This document shows, piece after piece, positions 1 to 8,507 of a stretch of DNA of 57,474 nucleotides; positions within the stretch are counted from its first letter, which is position 1, and each line of letters opens with the position of its first letter. Below the pieces are notes generated by a model. It worked only from the letters and a program-made list of their open reading frames with translations, did not search any database and was not told where the DNA came from. Source of the DNA: Desulfobacteria bacterium (GTDB lineage Bacteria; Desulfobacterota; Desulfobacteria; Desulfobacterales; C00003060); contig JAQYVR010000249.1 in the NCBI GenBank assembly GCA_030145395.1, forward strand, positions 1 through 57,474, written 5' to 3'. Both the position numbers and the translations under genes were made by a program.

Positions 1-207
1 AAGCTCTCTGACGCAGCAGGTGTTGGCCTTGGGCCGAGCATGGAAGAAGCCCTACAACGGATGGAGGCGGGTGAGGACCCGGAACAGGTTGAGGCCGAGA
101 TGGGTGACCTTCTTGAGCAGGAGGAACCTTTTATAGTGGAGGGGAAAAAGGGGCGAGGAGTCCAGCGCCGCACACCACATAGAGATGAGACACTGTACGA
201 TCTCTGA
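1..207 (+). CDS. 3' end of an unidentified CDS entering from upstream (tail ...RRTPHRDETLYDL)
   Basis: Frame 1 is open from base 1 to TGA at 205..207 (69 codons). The tail is acidic. No family recognised. Confidence 0.35.
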   Translation, partial: KLSDAAGVGLGPSMEEALQRMEAGEDPEQVEAEMGDLLEQEEPFIVEGKKGRGVQRRTPHRDETLYDL

Positions 208-258
208 ATGAGGTACATAACCCTTTGAAGCCTGACCATCGTTGAAAGAGTCTTTGTT

Positions 259-795
259 ATGACCGCAGAAAAAGTCATTTTAAAAGGTCCCGATATTGAC
301 CGAATCTTGACACAGATTACCCACGAGATCTTGGAGAAACACAGAGGGGAAGAGAATCTTGTGCTGATCGGCATCCGGACGGGTGGAGTGTTCTTGGCAG
401 ATCGAATCAAGGCGGAGATTCTTACTATTGAAGGTGCCGACATTCCCAGGGGGGACCTGGACATCACCCTTTACAGGGACGATTGGACCCGAATAGGACA
501 CCAGCCCGTTGTGCAAAAGACGGAGCTGCCGTTCTCTCTCGACGGGACCCAGGTGATCCTGGTAGACGATGTCCTTTTTACAGGCCGTACAGTTAGGGCT
601 GCCATGGATGCTCTAATCGACTTCGGGCGTCCCGACAGGATTGAACTGGCCGTACTTGTGGACCGGGGGCATCGGGAGCTGCCGATCCAGGCCAACTATG
701 TGGGCGAACATATCGAAACAATCCATGACACCATGGTCAACGTCTACCTCAAAGAAAAGGCCGGACGTGATGAAGTGGCTATCAGCGCGCAATGA
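259..795 (+). CDS. pyrR: Bifunctional pyrimidine operon regulator / uracil phosphoribosyltransferase PyrR
   Basis: 178 aa. PRTase fold motif VILVDDVLFTGRT and a typical PyrR N-terminus (ILxxxxIxRxLxxIxHEIxE). Confidence 0.9.
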   Translation: MTAEKVILKGPDIDRILTQITHEILEKHRGEENLVLIGIRTGGVFLADRIKAEILTIEGADIPRGDLDITLYRDDWTRIGHQPVVQKTELPFSLDGTQVILVDDVLFTGRTVRAAMDALIDFGRPDRIELAVLVDRGHRELPIQANYVGEHIETIHDTMVNVYLKEKAGRDEVAISAQ

Positions 796-1035
796 GGTCC
801 GGCGTTCGACTGCGGAAGAAGGGCCTTAACGACTGTGCTCCGGGTAGATACCTGGACACGGAATTTGTCGGCATCTGCCGCGAGGAACTCGGCTGAAGTT
901 AGGCCCAATTCGGGGTTTGTGTTTTTTGGTGTTGACAAATTACCTTTTTTCATATAAACACGTGCAGGTTGAAAGTGGGAATTAGGCAAGGACGTAATAA
1001 GAAGGAACATCAATTAACGAAAGGAGGGCGTTGGC

Positions 1036-1353
1036 ATGCCAACTGTTGAGTATGGAGGAAAAACTTTTAGTGTGGATGAGGACGGTTTCATTGATGATTA
1101 TAATAATTGGAGCCCAGAATGGATCCAATATGTGAAGTCGACTGAGGGGATTGAGGAACTTAACGATGAGCATATGAAGTGCGTTGACTTCTTGCGGGAA
1201 TACTACGAGAAAAACGGTATCGCACCCATGGTCAGGATTTTTTCCAAGGTAACCGGCTTCAAGCTTAAGCACATCTATGAGCTGTTTCCGTCAGGCCCGG
1301 GCAAGGGCGCATGTAAGATGGCAGGGCTTCCCAAACCGACCGGATGCGTCTAA
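1036..1353 (+). CDS. dsrC: DsrC (TusE/DsrC/DsvC family) sulfite reductase substrate protein
   Basis: 105 aa. The C-terminal arm ...GACKMAGLPKPTGCV carries the two conserved Cys 10 residues apart. A good SD (aaggagg) lies upstream. Confidence 0.9.
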   Translation: MPTVEYGGKTFSVDEDGFIDDYNNWSPEWIQYVKSTEGIEELNDEHMKCVDFLREYYEKNGIAPMVRIFSKVTGFKLKHIYELFPSGPGKGACKMAGLPKPTGCV

Positions 1354-1396
1354 GGAAAAAGCTCTGATTTAGTAAAACAATTTGGACGTCCAAAAA

Positions 1397-1430
1397 AGAG
1401 GCTTTAGTGCGCATAAAGCCTCTTTTTTTT
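1397..1430 (+). terminator. Intrinsic terminator after dsrC
   Basis: AGAGGCTTTA (1397..1406) pairs with TAAAGCCTCT (1414..1423), followed by a T-run to 1430. Confidence 0.6.
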
Positions 1431-1441
1431 CTGGAGGGGCC

Positions 1442-1834
1442 ATGAATACGACGCTAACAGTCAAAACCACCTCCAAGACAGAATTTATTGAAATTACTGG
1501 TGATGTTCAAAAAGCAATCCAGCCGGACGGGATCGATGATGGGGTTTGCTTGCTCTTCGTTCCGCATACCACGGCGGGTATTACCATAAACGAGAGTGCT
1601 GATCCCAGCGTAAAATCGGACATCTTGATGGTGCTGAACAAGATGGTTCCCTGGAAGGAAGCATATCGCCACCTGGAGGGAAATTCGCCGGCTCACATCA
1701 AGTCGAGTATTGTCGGGAGTTCAGAATTGATTGCTGTGGAAGGTGGCAGGTTGAAGTTGGGGACGTGGCAGGGGGTTTTTTTCTGTGAGTTTGATGGCCC
1801 GCGTACCAGAAAAGTCCACATCCGATTGCTGTGA
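1442..1834 (+). CDS. yjbQ: YjbQ/UPF0047 family (secondary thiamine-phosphate synthase-like) protein
   Basis: HTTAGITINE motif and YjbQ-like length. Start moved to the internal ATG at 1442 (MNTTL...) because the upstream part of the ORF overlaps the dsrC terminator. Confidence 0.75.
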   Translation: MNTTLTVKTTSKTEFIEITGDVQKAIQPDGIDDGVCLLFVPHTTAGITINESADPSVKSDILMVLNKMVPWKEAYRHLEGNSPAHIKSSIVGSSELIAVEGGRLKLGTWQGVFFCEFDGPRTRKVHIRLL

Positions 1835-1861
1835 ACAGCACACAAGCTGACGGTATTAATT

Positions 1862-2317
1862 ATGACAGAAATGGATGACATTGATAGGGCAATTCTAAAT
1901 AGAATACAATCTGATTTTCCTGTTGCCTCCAGGCCATATCTGGTCGTTGCCCGGGAACTGGACATGAAGGAAGATGAGGTGATCAGACGCATAACCCGCC
2001 TAAAGGAAAGCGGAATTATCAGGCGCATAGGCGCAAATTTCGTGCCCGGCAGGCTCGGATTTGTCAGCACACTTTGCGCGGCCAGGGTCCCGGAGGAGAA
2101 GATTGCCCTATTCTCGAAAACAGTCAACCAATACCCTGGTGTCACCCACAATTATCGCCGGGATCATGAATTCAACATATGGTTTACCTTCATCGCCGAA
2201 TCCATGGAACAAATAGAGGTGTATTTGAAGGAGATAGCCTCTGAAACGGGCGTGACTGAAATACTGAATCTTCCTGCCACCAAAGTATACAAACTCAAAG
2301 CACAATTCGACGTTTAG
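1862..2317 (+). CDS. AsnC/Lrp-like siroheme decarboxylase subunit (AhbA/AhbB, NirD/L/G/H family)
   Basis: 151 aa. The N-terminus MDDIDRAILNRIQSDFPVASRPY is typical of the alternative heme/siroheme decarboxylase family. Confidence 0.6.
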   Translation: MTEMDDIDRAILNRIQSDFPVASRPYLVVARELDMKEDEVIRRITRLKESGIIRRIGANFVPGRLGFVSTLCAARVPEEKIALFSKTVNQYPGVTHNYRRDHEFNIWFTFIAESMEQIEVYLKEIASETGVTEILNLPATKVYKLKAQFDV

Positions 2318-2376
2318 GAGAGGATTGGCAGATTCCCTGTAGCCCAGTGTAGGCCGCAGACCCATATAAGGATGCC

Positions 2377-3210
2377 ATGGATGATCTTCGTATTGCTGCT
2401 GTAGTAATGCGCTGCGTGTTGGGGGAAACGCAAGACAACCTCAATCGCATGAAAGCCCGGATTGGCGAGGCTGCCTCAGGGGGGGCAAATCTGGTCTGTT
2501 TCCCTGAGTTGAACCTCACGGGATATAGTGTACGCGAAGTCATTCGTTCAGTGGCTGAACCCATACCCGGCCCTTTGAGTCAGGCAGTTGTTGAAATGGC
2601 CCGAGAAAGTGGAATGTTCATACTGGCAGGGCTGGTTGAAAGGGATGGAGAAGAAAGGATATTCGTCAGCCACATTGTGGCGGGCCCGGAAGGACTTCAG
2701 GGAGTTTATCGAAAATGTCACCTCAGCCCTTTTGAACAACAGACATATTGTGCAGGAGAGACTACATCGGTGTTTGGTGTCAAGGGGTGTACCTTTGGGA
2801 TTGAACTCTGCTATGACACGCACTTTCCGGAGTTGAGCACCCTTTTGGCCCTGAAGGGAGCAGAGATTATCTTCTGTCTTCACGCTTCTCCCCGCGGCAC
2901 ACCAGAACGGAAGCATCGCAGCTGGCTGCGTCATCTGACTGCCCGGGCATACGACAATGGTGTATTTATTGTAGCATGTAATCAGACAGGCGCCAACGGG
3001 GATGGGCTGGAGTTCCCAGGTATAGCCCTGGTATTGAATCCCTCAGGAGAAGTGATAGCTGAGCATGTAAGCGGAGAAGAAGGGGTTCTCTTTGCGGACC
3101 TCAGGGCAGCCGACCTCGCTCATGTGAGGGAAAACAGAATGAGATTCTTCCTCCCGAATCGACGACCCGGATTGTACAAGGGCCTGATCAAGAGCAGGTA
3201 CCCCGAGTAG
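2377..3210 (+). CDS. Carbon-nitrogen hydrolase (nitrilase superfamily) protein
   Basis: 277 aa. FPEL (catalytic Glu), a K in YRKCHL and CYD (catalytic Cys) motifs are present in the expected order. Confidence 0.8.
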   Translation: MDDLRIAAVVMRCVLGETQDNLNRMKARIGEAASGGANLVCFPELNLTGYSVREVIRSVAEPIPGPLSQAVVEMARESGMFILAGLVERDGEERIFVSHIVAGPEGLQGVYRKCHLSPFEQQTYCAGETTSVFGVKGCTFGIELCYDTHFPELSTLLALKGAEIIFCLHASPRGTPERKHRSWLRHLTARAYDNGVFIVACNQTGANGDGLEFPGIALVLNPSGEVIAEHVSGEEGVLFADLRAADLAHVRENRMRFFLPNRRPGLYKGLIKSRYPE

Positions 3211-3466
3211 GCCGGCGAATCTTTGCTACGTCAAAAAATGATAGATTTGCTTGACACGGATATGGGTGATCTGATACGGCGTAAACGTTCATAATATGCA
3301 ACAGGTCTATTGTCTTTTGTGCTATCCACCTTTGGGTGAGGCAAGATATTGGTTTGGGATAGGAGTTTTGCAGAGTCCACAAAGATGCCAGCAAGGCCCG
3401 CAGACCTTGTTGGCTTTTTTTCTGTCAGGTCCATATCCCAACTAATTATGTTTTGAAAGGAGGGAT

Positions 3467-3673
3467 ATGGTTATGGCAGAAGGCGTTGTAAAGTGGTTTA
3501 ACGAGAAAAAGGGCTTTGGTTTCATTAGTCTGGACGAAGGACAAGACGTCTTTGTTCACTACAGCTCAATCATGGGGTCCGGTTTCAGGTCTCTGTACGA
3601 GGGGCAGCGAGTTCGATTTGAGGTCGAGCAGGGAGACAAGGGCCCGCAGGCCGTGAACGTTGAAACCACATGA
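3467..3673 (+). CDS. cspA: Cold-shock protein (CspA family)
   Basis: 68 aa with the RNP1/RNP2 motifs KGFGFI and VFVHY. A long 5' UTR-like gap lies upstream. Confidence 0.9.
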   Translation: MVMAEGVVKWFNEKKGFGFISLDEGQDVFVHYSSIMGSGFRSLYEGQRVRFEVEQGDKGPQAVNVETT

Positions 3674-3808
3674 GGTAAGAGGTTAACGAGTTGGTGCCCG
3701 GAAAGCTTTGTACTTAGCCTTGAAGCTTGCGACCACTTAGAGGAGAACAAGATCCAAAGGGTGGTAACGTCGGCAAAAGACTGCTAGGTTCGAAAACCTA
3801 TTCAAGAA

Positions 3809-3845
3809 CCCCGTCTCCTTAATGACGGGGTTTCTTGGTTTTTGG
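3809..3845 (+). terminator. Intrinsic terminator downstream of cspA
   Basis: CCCCGTC (3809..3815) pairs with GACGGGG (3824..3830), followed by a T-rich tract. Confidence 0.6.
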
Positions 3846-3874
3846 CGGGCAATTTTCTCTAAACACAGGCAATA

Positions 3875-3955
3875 GAGCGGTTCTCAAAAACATGTTTCGT
3901 TTGCGGCAGCCTTTCCAATAATCCTAATAATGGTTCAAACCGGAACATATCTCTG
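3875..3955. repeat. Copy 1 of the ATGTTYCG/CGGAACAT upstream module
   Basis: AGAGCGGTTCTCAAAAACATGTTTCGTTTGCGGCA ... GGTTCAAACCGGAACAT. It is related to 27215..27275 and 55045..55084. Confidence 0.55.
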
Positions 3956-3976
3956 CAAACTACTCTAAGGGGTAGC

Positions 3977-4672
3977 ATGGTCAAAGATAGTCATATAATA
4001 TCTGAGAGGGAAGAGGCTCCTCGCACCCACTGCATTCGCTGCGGAACCTGTTGCATGAAGGGAGGCCCCACGTTGCACGAGGATGACGCTACTCTGTTTG
4101 CAAAGGGCGTCCTGGAAAAGATTCATGTCTATACCCTGAGAAAGGGTGAAGTCATCCGCAATATTGATGACTCATTGATGATCCTTGAAGGGGAAATGAT
4201 CAAGATCAAGGGAGAGGGTGAAACCTGGTCATGTATACTCTTCGATGTTAACGAGAAGGCATGCAAGATATATCAGGACAGGCCGGCTGAGTGTCGGGCG
4301 CTAAAGTGCTGGGACCCCCTGGACCTGATAGAAGTCATGGCAATGCCGCGTCTTCAGAGAACAAATCTTATCAACCAAGACGACGAGATTCTCAAGGTTA
4401 TCGAAGCTCATGAGCAAAGGTGCGATTATGAAACCTTGGAGGCGGCCGTTAAGGGGCTGCAGAAACCGGGCTCTGACAAGGCAGTCGAAAAGATCCTCGA
4501 ACTTCTTCAGTACGACCACCACATAAGGCCCTTCTTAACAGAGAAGCTTGATTTGGATCCGAATGCCATGAATTTCTTCTTCGGCAGACCCCTTGCCACT
4601 ACGATCCGTAGGTTCGGGCTTTGCGTCAAAGAAGAAGGGGAAGGGTTTACTCTGGTGCCGGCACAACCTTGA
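3977..4672 (+). CDS. YkgJ-family Cys-cluster (putative Zn/Fe-chelating) protein
   Basis: 231 aa with CIRCGTCC near the N-terminus and a second Cys group (CxxxxxxxxxxCxxxKC). Confidence 0.65.
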   Translation: MVKDSHIISEREEAPRTHCIRCGTCCMKGGPTLHEDDATLFAKGVLEKIHVYTLRKGEVIRNIDDSLMILEGEMIKIKGEGETWSCILFDVNEKACKIYQDRPAECRALKCWDPLDLIEVMAMPRLQRTNLINQDDEILKVIEAHEQRCDYETLEAAVKGLQKPGSDKAVEKILELLQYDHHIRPFLTEKLDLDPNAMNFFFGRPLATTIRRFGLCVKEEGEGFTLVPAQP

Positions 4673-4685
4673 TTTAACGTAAGAG

Positions 4686-5207
4686 CTAAAGTCTGGGGGA
4701 CTCCCTTTGTTTTAACAACTTTTTTAACCTTCTCTTATAAAGCTCTCTCTTGAGTGTGCTGATTCGGTCAATAAAGAGCATGCCGTCCAAATGATCGATT
4801 TCATGCTGTAGTACTATCGCAGGCAGCCCCTCCTTTTTGAGGAGGACCGGATTCCCCTCTCTGTCCAAACCCTTCACCGTGATACATTCAGCGCGTTTAA
4901 CGTCTGCCGTATAGTCAATAACGCTCAGGCACCCCTCTTCATAAACGATGAACCCATCGGTCTCAACGATTTCCGGGTTGATGAGCACTACAAGATCGTT
5001 TGGTTCATCCTTAGGCGAGGTGTCACATGAAATGATTCGACACGGCTCTCCCACCTGGTTGCTCGCCAGCCCTACGCCAGGGGCCTGGTACATGGTCTGG
5101 ATCATATCATCGATGAGTTCCTGAGTCTTTCCGTCGATATTCGTTACGGCCTCCGCCCGCTCTCGCAGAACCGTATCAGGATATGTGAGTATTCTTCTTA
5201 CAGCCAT
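4686..5207 (-). CDS. def: Peptide deformylase
   Basis: 173 aa with the GVGLASNQVG, EGCLS and HEIDHLDG metal-binding motifs. Confidence 0.92.
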   Translation of the reverse strand: MAVRRILTYPDTVLRERAEAVTNIDGKTQELIDDMIQTMYQAPGVGLASNQVGEPCRIISCDTSPKDEPNDLVVLINPEIVETDGFIVYEEGCLSVIDYTADVKRAECITVKGLDREGNPVLLKKEGLPAIVLQHEIDHLDGMLFIDRISTLKRELYKRRLKKLLKQRESPRL

Positions 5208-5242
5208 CCTTGTGGTTGCTCCAGGTGCAGGAAAATATTAAA

Positions 5243-5270
5243 TGAAGCTCCCCGCCGCAAGCGGACGGGG
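5243..5270. repeat. REP-like hairpin (family A copy)
   Basis: TGAAGCTCCCCGCCGCAAGCGGACGGGG has the same head (GAAGCTCCCCGC) and the same CCCCG/CGGGG stem as the copies at 19209, 44665 and 49836-49994. Confidence 0.55.
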
Positions 5271-5356
5271 TATTGAAAACTTAATAAAATTAACTACTAT
5301 CCCCCAAGAAGTCAATCCACAAACAAAAAGGCGCGCACCTCTTTCAAAGCCGTCGG

Positions 5357-6292
5357 TCATAGGGGTTTCTTCGGTTGATAGTAGATTATGGAGCCCCTTT
5401 TCACCGTTTCAATCACATGTTTCTTGACCAAGCGTTCAATGTATTTCAAGATTTCGTCCCTATCTACATTCAGCCCTGCGGCGATATCTTCTAATGTGCA
5501 GGGACGCCTCGCGAGCAGGTTTAGCAGGTCTTTCTCAACGACGGCCTGCGTTTCATGCTTCTCGGAACCCCTGAACGGGGCAATCACCTCGGCCTTTTCG
5601 CCAAGGATTTTACAAAACCTGACCAAGTCTTCCGGTGCAACCTGCCGTGCATAGGCTTCTGCTGAGGGACGAACTGCTGTATTGATGTGGACTTTATGAG
5701 GACTCACTTTTTCAATCCAGTGTTTGAGATGAAGCGCATCTGATTCGGTCGCATTTATGCCATCCAGGATAAAGACCTCAAGCCATATTTCCCCCGGATA
5801 TTCCTTCCCAAAAGCGATCAGGCCCTCCACCATGGCTTTGAAAGTGATTTCTGGATGCGGGCGATTGACGGTTTCAAATCCGTTCTGATCATAGGCGTCA
5901 AGAGAAGGCAGCACTTCATCTGCCTCCATCAAGGATTCACGCACCAGGCTGCTCCCAAAAAGGGATGCATTGGTCAACACAGCCACGGGGGTTTTTGTGA
6001 GTTTCTTGATTTCGTGAATCAATGATCCGATTTCACTGTTCAGAGTTGGTTCCCCTGAGCCCGCCAAGGTAATCCGGTCTGGGCGTATCCCCTCTGTGAG
6101 CTTCTGATGCACCTCGTTCAGGATCCGCTCCGTCGGTATGTACGGCTTTCGCTCGATTGTCTTATGTTTGGTTTTCCCGAGCTGACAATAAATGCAGTTG
6201 TACGAGCAAACCTTGAAAGGCACCAAATCAACACCCAGGGACCGGCCCAACCTTCGCGAGGGAACCGGACCGTAAACAAAACGTTCCTTCAT
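5357..6292 (-). CDS. Radical SAM protein with C-terminal winged-helix-like domain
   Basis: 311 aa with a CSYNCIYC (CxxxCxxC) cluster motif after the YGPVPSRRLGRSLG N-terminus. Confidence 0.8.
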   Translation of the reverse strand: MKERFVYGPVPSRRLGRSLGVDLVPFKVCSYNCIYCQLGKTKHKTIERKPYIPTERILNEVHQKLTEGIRPDRITLAGSGEPTLNSEIGSLIHEIKKLTKTPVAVLTNASLFGSSLVRESLMEADEVLPSLDAYDQNGFETVNRPHPEITFKAMVEGLIAFGKEYPGEIWLEVFILDGINATESDALHLKHWIEKVSPHKVHINTAVRPSAEAYARQVAPEDLVRFCKILGEKAEVIAPFRGSEKHETQAVVEKDLLNLLARRPCTLEDIAAGLNVDRDEILKYIERLVKKHVIETVKRGSIIYYQPKKPL

Positions 6293-6730
6293 GCTTTATG
6301 ACTTCTTCCTTTGCTGGTTTTGGTCTCTTTGTTACAAACTAAATATAGGGAGTCGGTGGCAACTTATCAAGTCATTTCCCTGAATGGCCTCTGTGCTGGG
6401 GGCCACTCCCAAATCCACCGCCAAAAAAACGAAGCACCAACAATAATTGATACCATGGCAACGGGTTATCTCAGAGCGGGGCCGTCGAAATCTGTCACCT
6501 TGCCAAGTTAGTTGCGAGGCTATTCTTTCCTTCGTTTTTTTTGCCCTTCGGGTCTGCCGATTTCATCGGATCTTCTTTGTTGGTGGGCACTTGAAGTACC
6601 TTAGTACGTCGGCGCACCCACCGCCGTGACCGGCCTGCTTCTCATACGCCCGACCTTGGTCGTTGACAGTGATGGTATACGTCTGATAATGTTTTTTGTT
6701 CTGAAAACTTCAGCTTGGTGAGGACGGACG

Positions 6731-7411
6731 ATGATGGATTTCTCAAAGACTTTTGAAAAATATGAGGCCCTCGTGGCGCAGGTGGATAAGATCTTCACCG
6801 CCATGCAGGAGGCTCATAAGGATTGCGTTAGCTGTAAGATCTATTGCTCTGATTGTTGTCACGCTGTGTTTGATGTTACTCTCATCGAAGCAGTTTATAT
6901 CAATCATCATTTTGGCAGATCGTTGCCCAGGAAGGAGCGACGAGAAATCCTGAGGAGAGCTGAAAGGGCTGACCGGAAATTTTATCAGATCAAACATAAG
7001 CTTCAGAAGATGTACGTGAAAGAGGGAAAATCCTCAGATGAGGTATTGTCCCAGCTTGCCGAGGAAAGGGCCCCCTGCGCCCTGCTCAATGACGAGAAGC
7101 TGTGTGACCTGTATGCCGGCAGGCCTATTACCTGTATGGTCTACGGCATCCCCACTTCCATTGACGGCAAGCCCCATATCTGCGGAGAGTCCGGATTCAA
7201 AGATGGGGCATCATATCCTGCCGTGAACATGGATAGTATTAATGACCGTCTCATTCAGCTGTCCAAAGACCTTCTGCAGGAAATCGGGTCGATGAATCCA
7301 AAGATGCACTTGAGTCTGGTACCGGTTTCTGCTGCTCTGATAACTACCTATGACGAGGAATATTTTGGGATGAAGAATAGGAGACAAAGCGATGCGCAAA
7401 CTATCGCCTGA
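6731..7411 (+). CDS. YkgJ-like Cys-cluster protein
   Basis: 226 aa with CVSCKIYCSDCCHAVF plus later Cys pairs. Confidence 0.55.
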   Translation: MMDFSKTFEKYEALVAQVDKIFTAMQEAHKDCVSCKIYCSDCCHAVFDVTLIEAVYINHHFGRSLPRKERREILRRAERADRKFYQIKHKLQKMYVKEGKSSDEVLSQLAEERAPCALLNDEKLCDLYAGRPITCMVYGIPTSIDGKPHICGESGFKDGASYPAVNMDSINDRLIQLSKDLLQEIGSMNPKMHLSLVPVSAALITTYDEEYFGMKNRRQSDAQTIA

Positions 7412-7739
7412 AGATGCTGAGAGGAAGAAATTCATCTTTGACAGCATGTCACCCAGGCGACAAAAACACATCCTTAAGAAGGAAGGCTACGACGCCTGGG
7501 ATCCATTCATTGAGCCAAAAGACCCGATTGATCTGCGAGAGGACAAATCCAGGCGAACAGCCTTAGACCTGGCCAGAGAATTCCTTGCCACCTGGGACCA
7601 CGAAGACTACAGTAATGCCTTTGGCCAAGGGGTGTGGGAGATGTGTTTGGGGGTTGTCAATGATGACGATCGATACAAAGGTATGTATGAATTCGCTTGC
7701 TGGTATCAAGACCTACTGAAAAAGGAAGGCTTAGAGTAG
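7392..7739 (+). CDS. Hypothetical protein (115 aa)
   Basis: It overlaps the preceding gene by 20 nt, suggesting operon-like coupling. No motif recognised. Confidence 0.45.
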   Translation: MRKLSPEDAERKKFIFDSMSPRRQKHILKKEGYDAWDPFIEPKDPIDLREDKSRRTALDLAREFLATWDHEDYSNAFGQGVWEMCLGVVNDDDRYKGMYEFACWYQDLLKKEGLE

Positions 7740-7867
7740 GCACATTAGATTTGTGTGGTTTCCAATTCTTCACAGCGCCAGTGGCGCTTTATTTTTGACG
7801 GCTTCTTGCAAGATCATCATTTCTTGTATCTAACAACTCCTGTTCAACTATGCCGTGTCCATGCTCA

Positions 7868-8098
7868 GAGACCTTTGAAAAATGTTCAATTCTGTTCAAG
7901 TTCAAGGGCAATTCCAGATAACAGTGGAATTGGACAGCCGTCAGGCTGCCCGCAAGGGCGATCCCGCAGGACTGCGGGAGAGTCAACGCGAAGATTTAGC
8001 GCTGTCGGTTGCGCGCAAGCGCTTGAAAAGAGGCACTTCGTGCGAAATCTGAGCCTGACGCAGTAATTGGGCAAAAGAGGGGGTTTTTCAAAAGTCTC
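7868..8098. mobile_element. MITE-like element, copy M1
   Basis: The terminal inverted repeats GAGACCTTTGAAAAA (7868..7882) and TTTTTCAAAAGTCTC (8084..8098) match at 14/15 positions. The interior is shared with 26801..27067 and 46395..46570. Confidence 0.6.
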
Positions 8099-8100
8099 GC

Positions 8101-8472
8101 TCATTCGGCATCTTTGGCGACTTTGAGCTTTACAAAAACAAAGGCGGCCAGACCGGACTTAGGAGTTGCGCGACCCCCTAACACCCGGTGTTCCGCAGCA
8201 CGATAGCTGTCGAGATATCTTATTTCATAGTCTTTTTCGGATTCCATGGACAGGGCCTTATCCCAGTCGTCGTCACATGCAAAGACAATCGCTTCCATTA
8301 GTGCTTCACCGAGGTTGTGTCCGGTAGCGTCATAGGCGCCAATGGCCCCACACGGGCAAAGCCATTTGTAAAAGTCCCCTTCGCTTCTGGGGCCTGCCTC
8401 AGGAGGCCTTCCAAAAGGTTCCTCGCAAAAAGGGCAGCGTGGTCTTTCCGATTCTCTATACGTTGGAAACAA
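8101..8472 (-). CDS. Hypothetical Cys-containing protein (123 aa)
   Basis: The ORF has a CPFC ... CPC arrangement. No family recognised. Confidence 0.5.
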   Translation of the reverse strand: MFPTYRESERPRCPFCEEPFGRPPEAGPRSEGDFYKWLCPCGAIGAYDATGHNLGEALMEAIVFACDDDWDKALSMESEKDYEIRYLDSYRAAEHRVLGGRATPKSGLAAFVFVKLKVAKDAE

Positions 8473-8507
8473 TGATAGCCCTCGTCTATTGAAGTAGATG
8501 ATGTTTT

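Noticed and set aside
3915-3935. Fur/Zur-type box in AATAATCCTAATAATGG within the upstream module
   Set aside because: It has only loose hexamer resemblance to GATAAT repeats. The second copy (27243..27256) does not preserve it in the same register.
5242-5427. Listed ORF starting MKLPAASGRGIEN
   Set aside because: Its start is the REP-like hairpin, and the rest is antisense to the 3' end of the radical SAM gene.
7755-8104. Listed ORFs 7755..8066 (+) and 7886..8104 (-)
   Set aside because: Both lie inside MITE-like copy M1. Similar pseudo-peptides arise wherever the repeat occurs.
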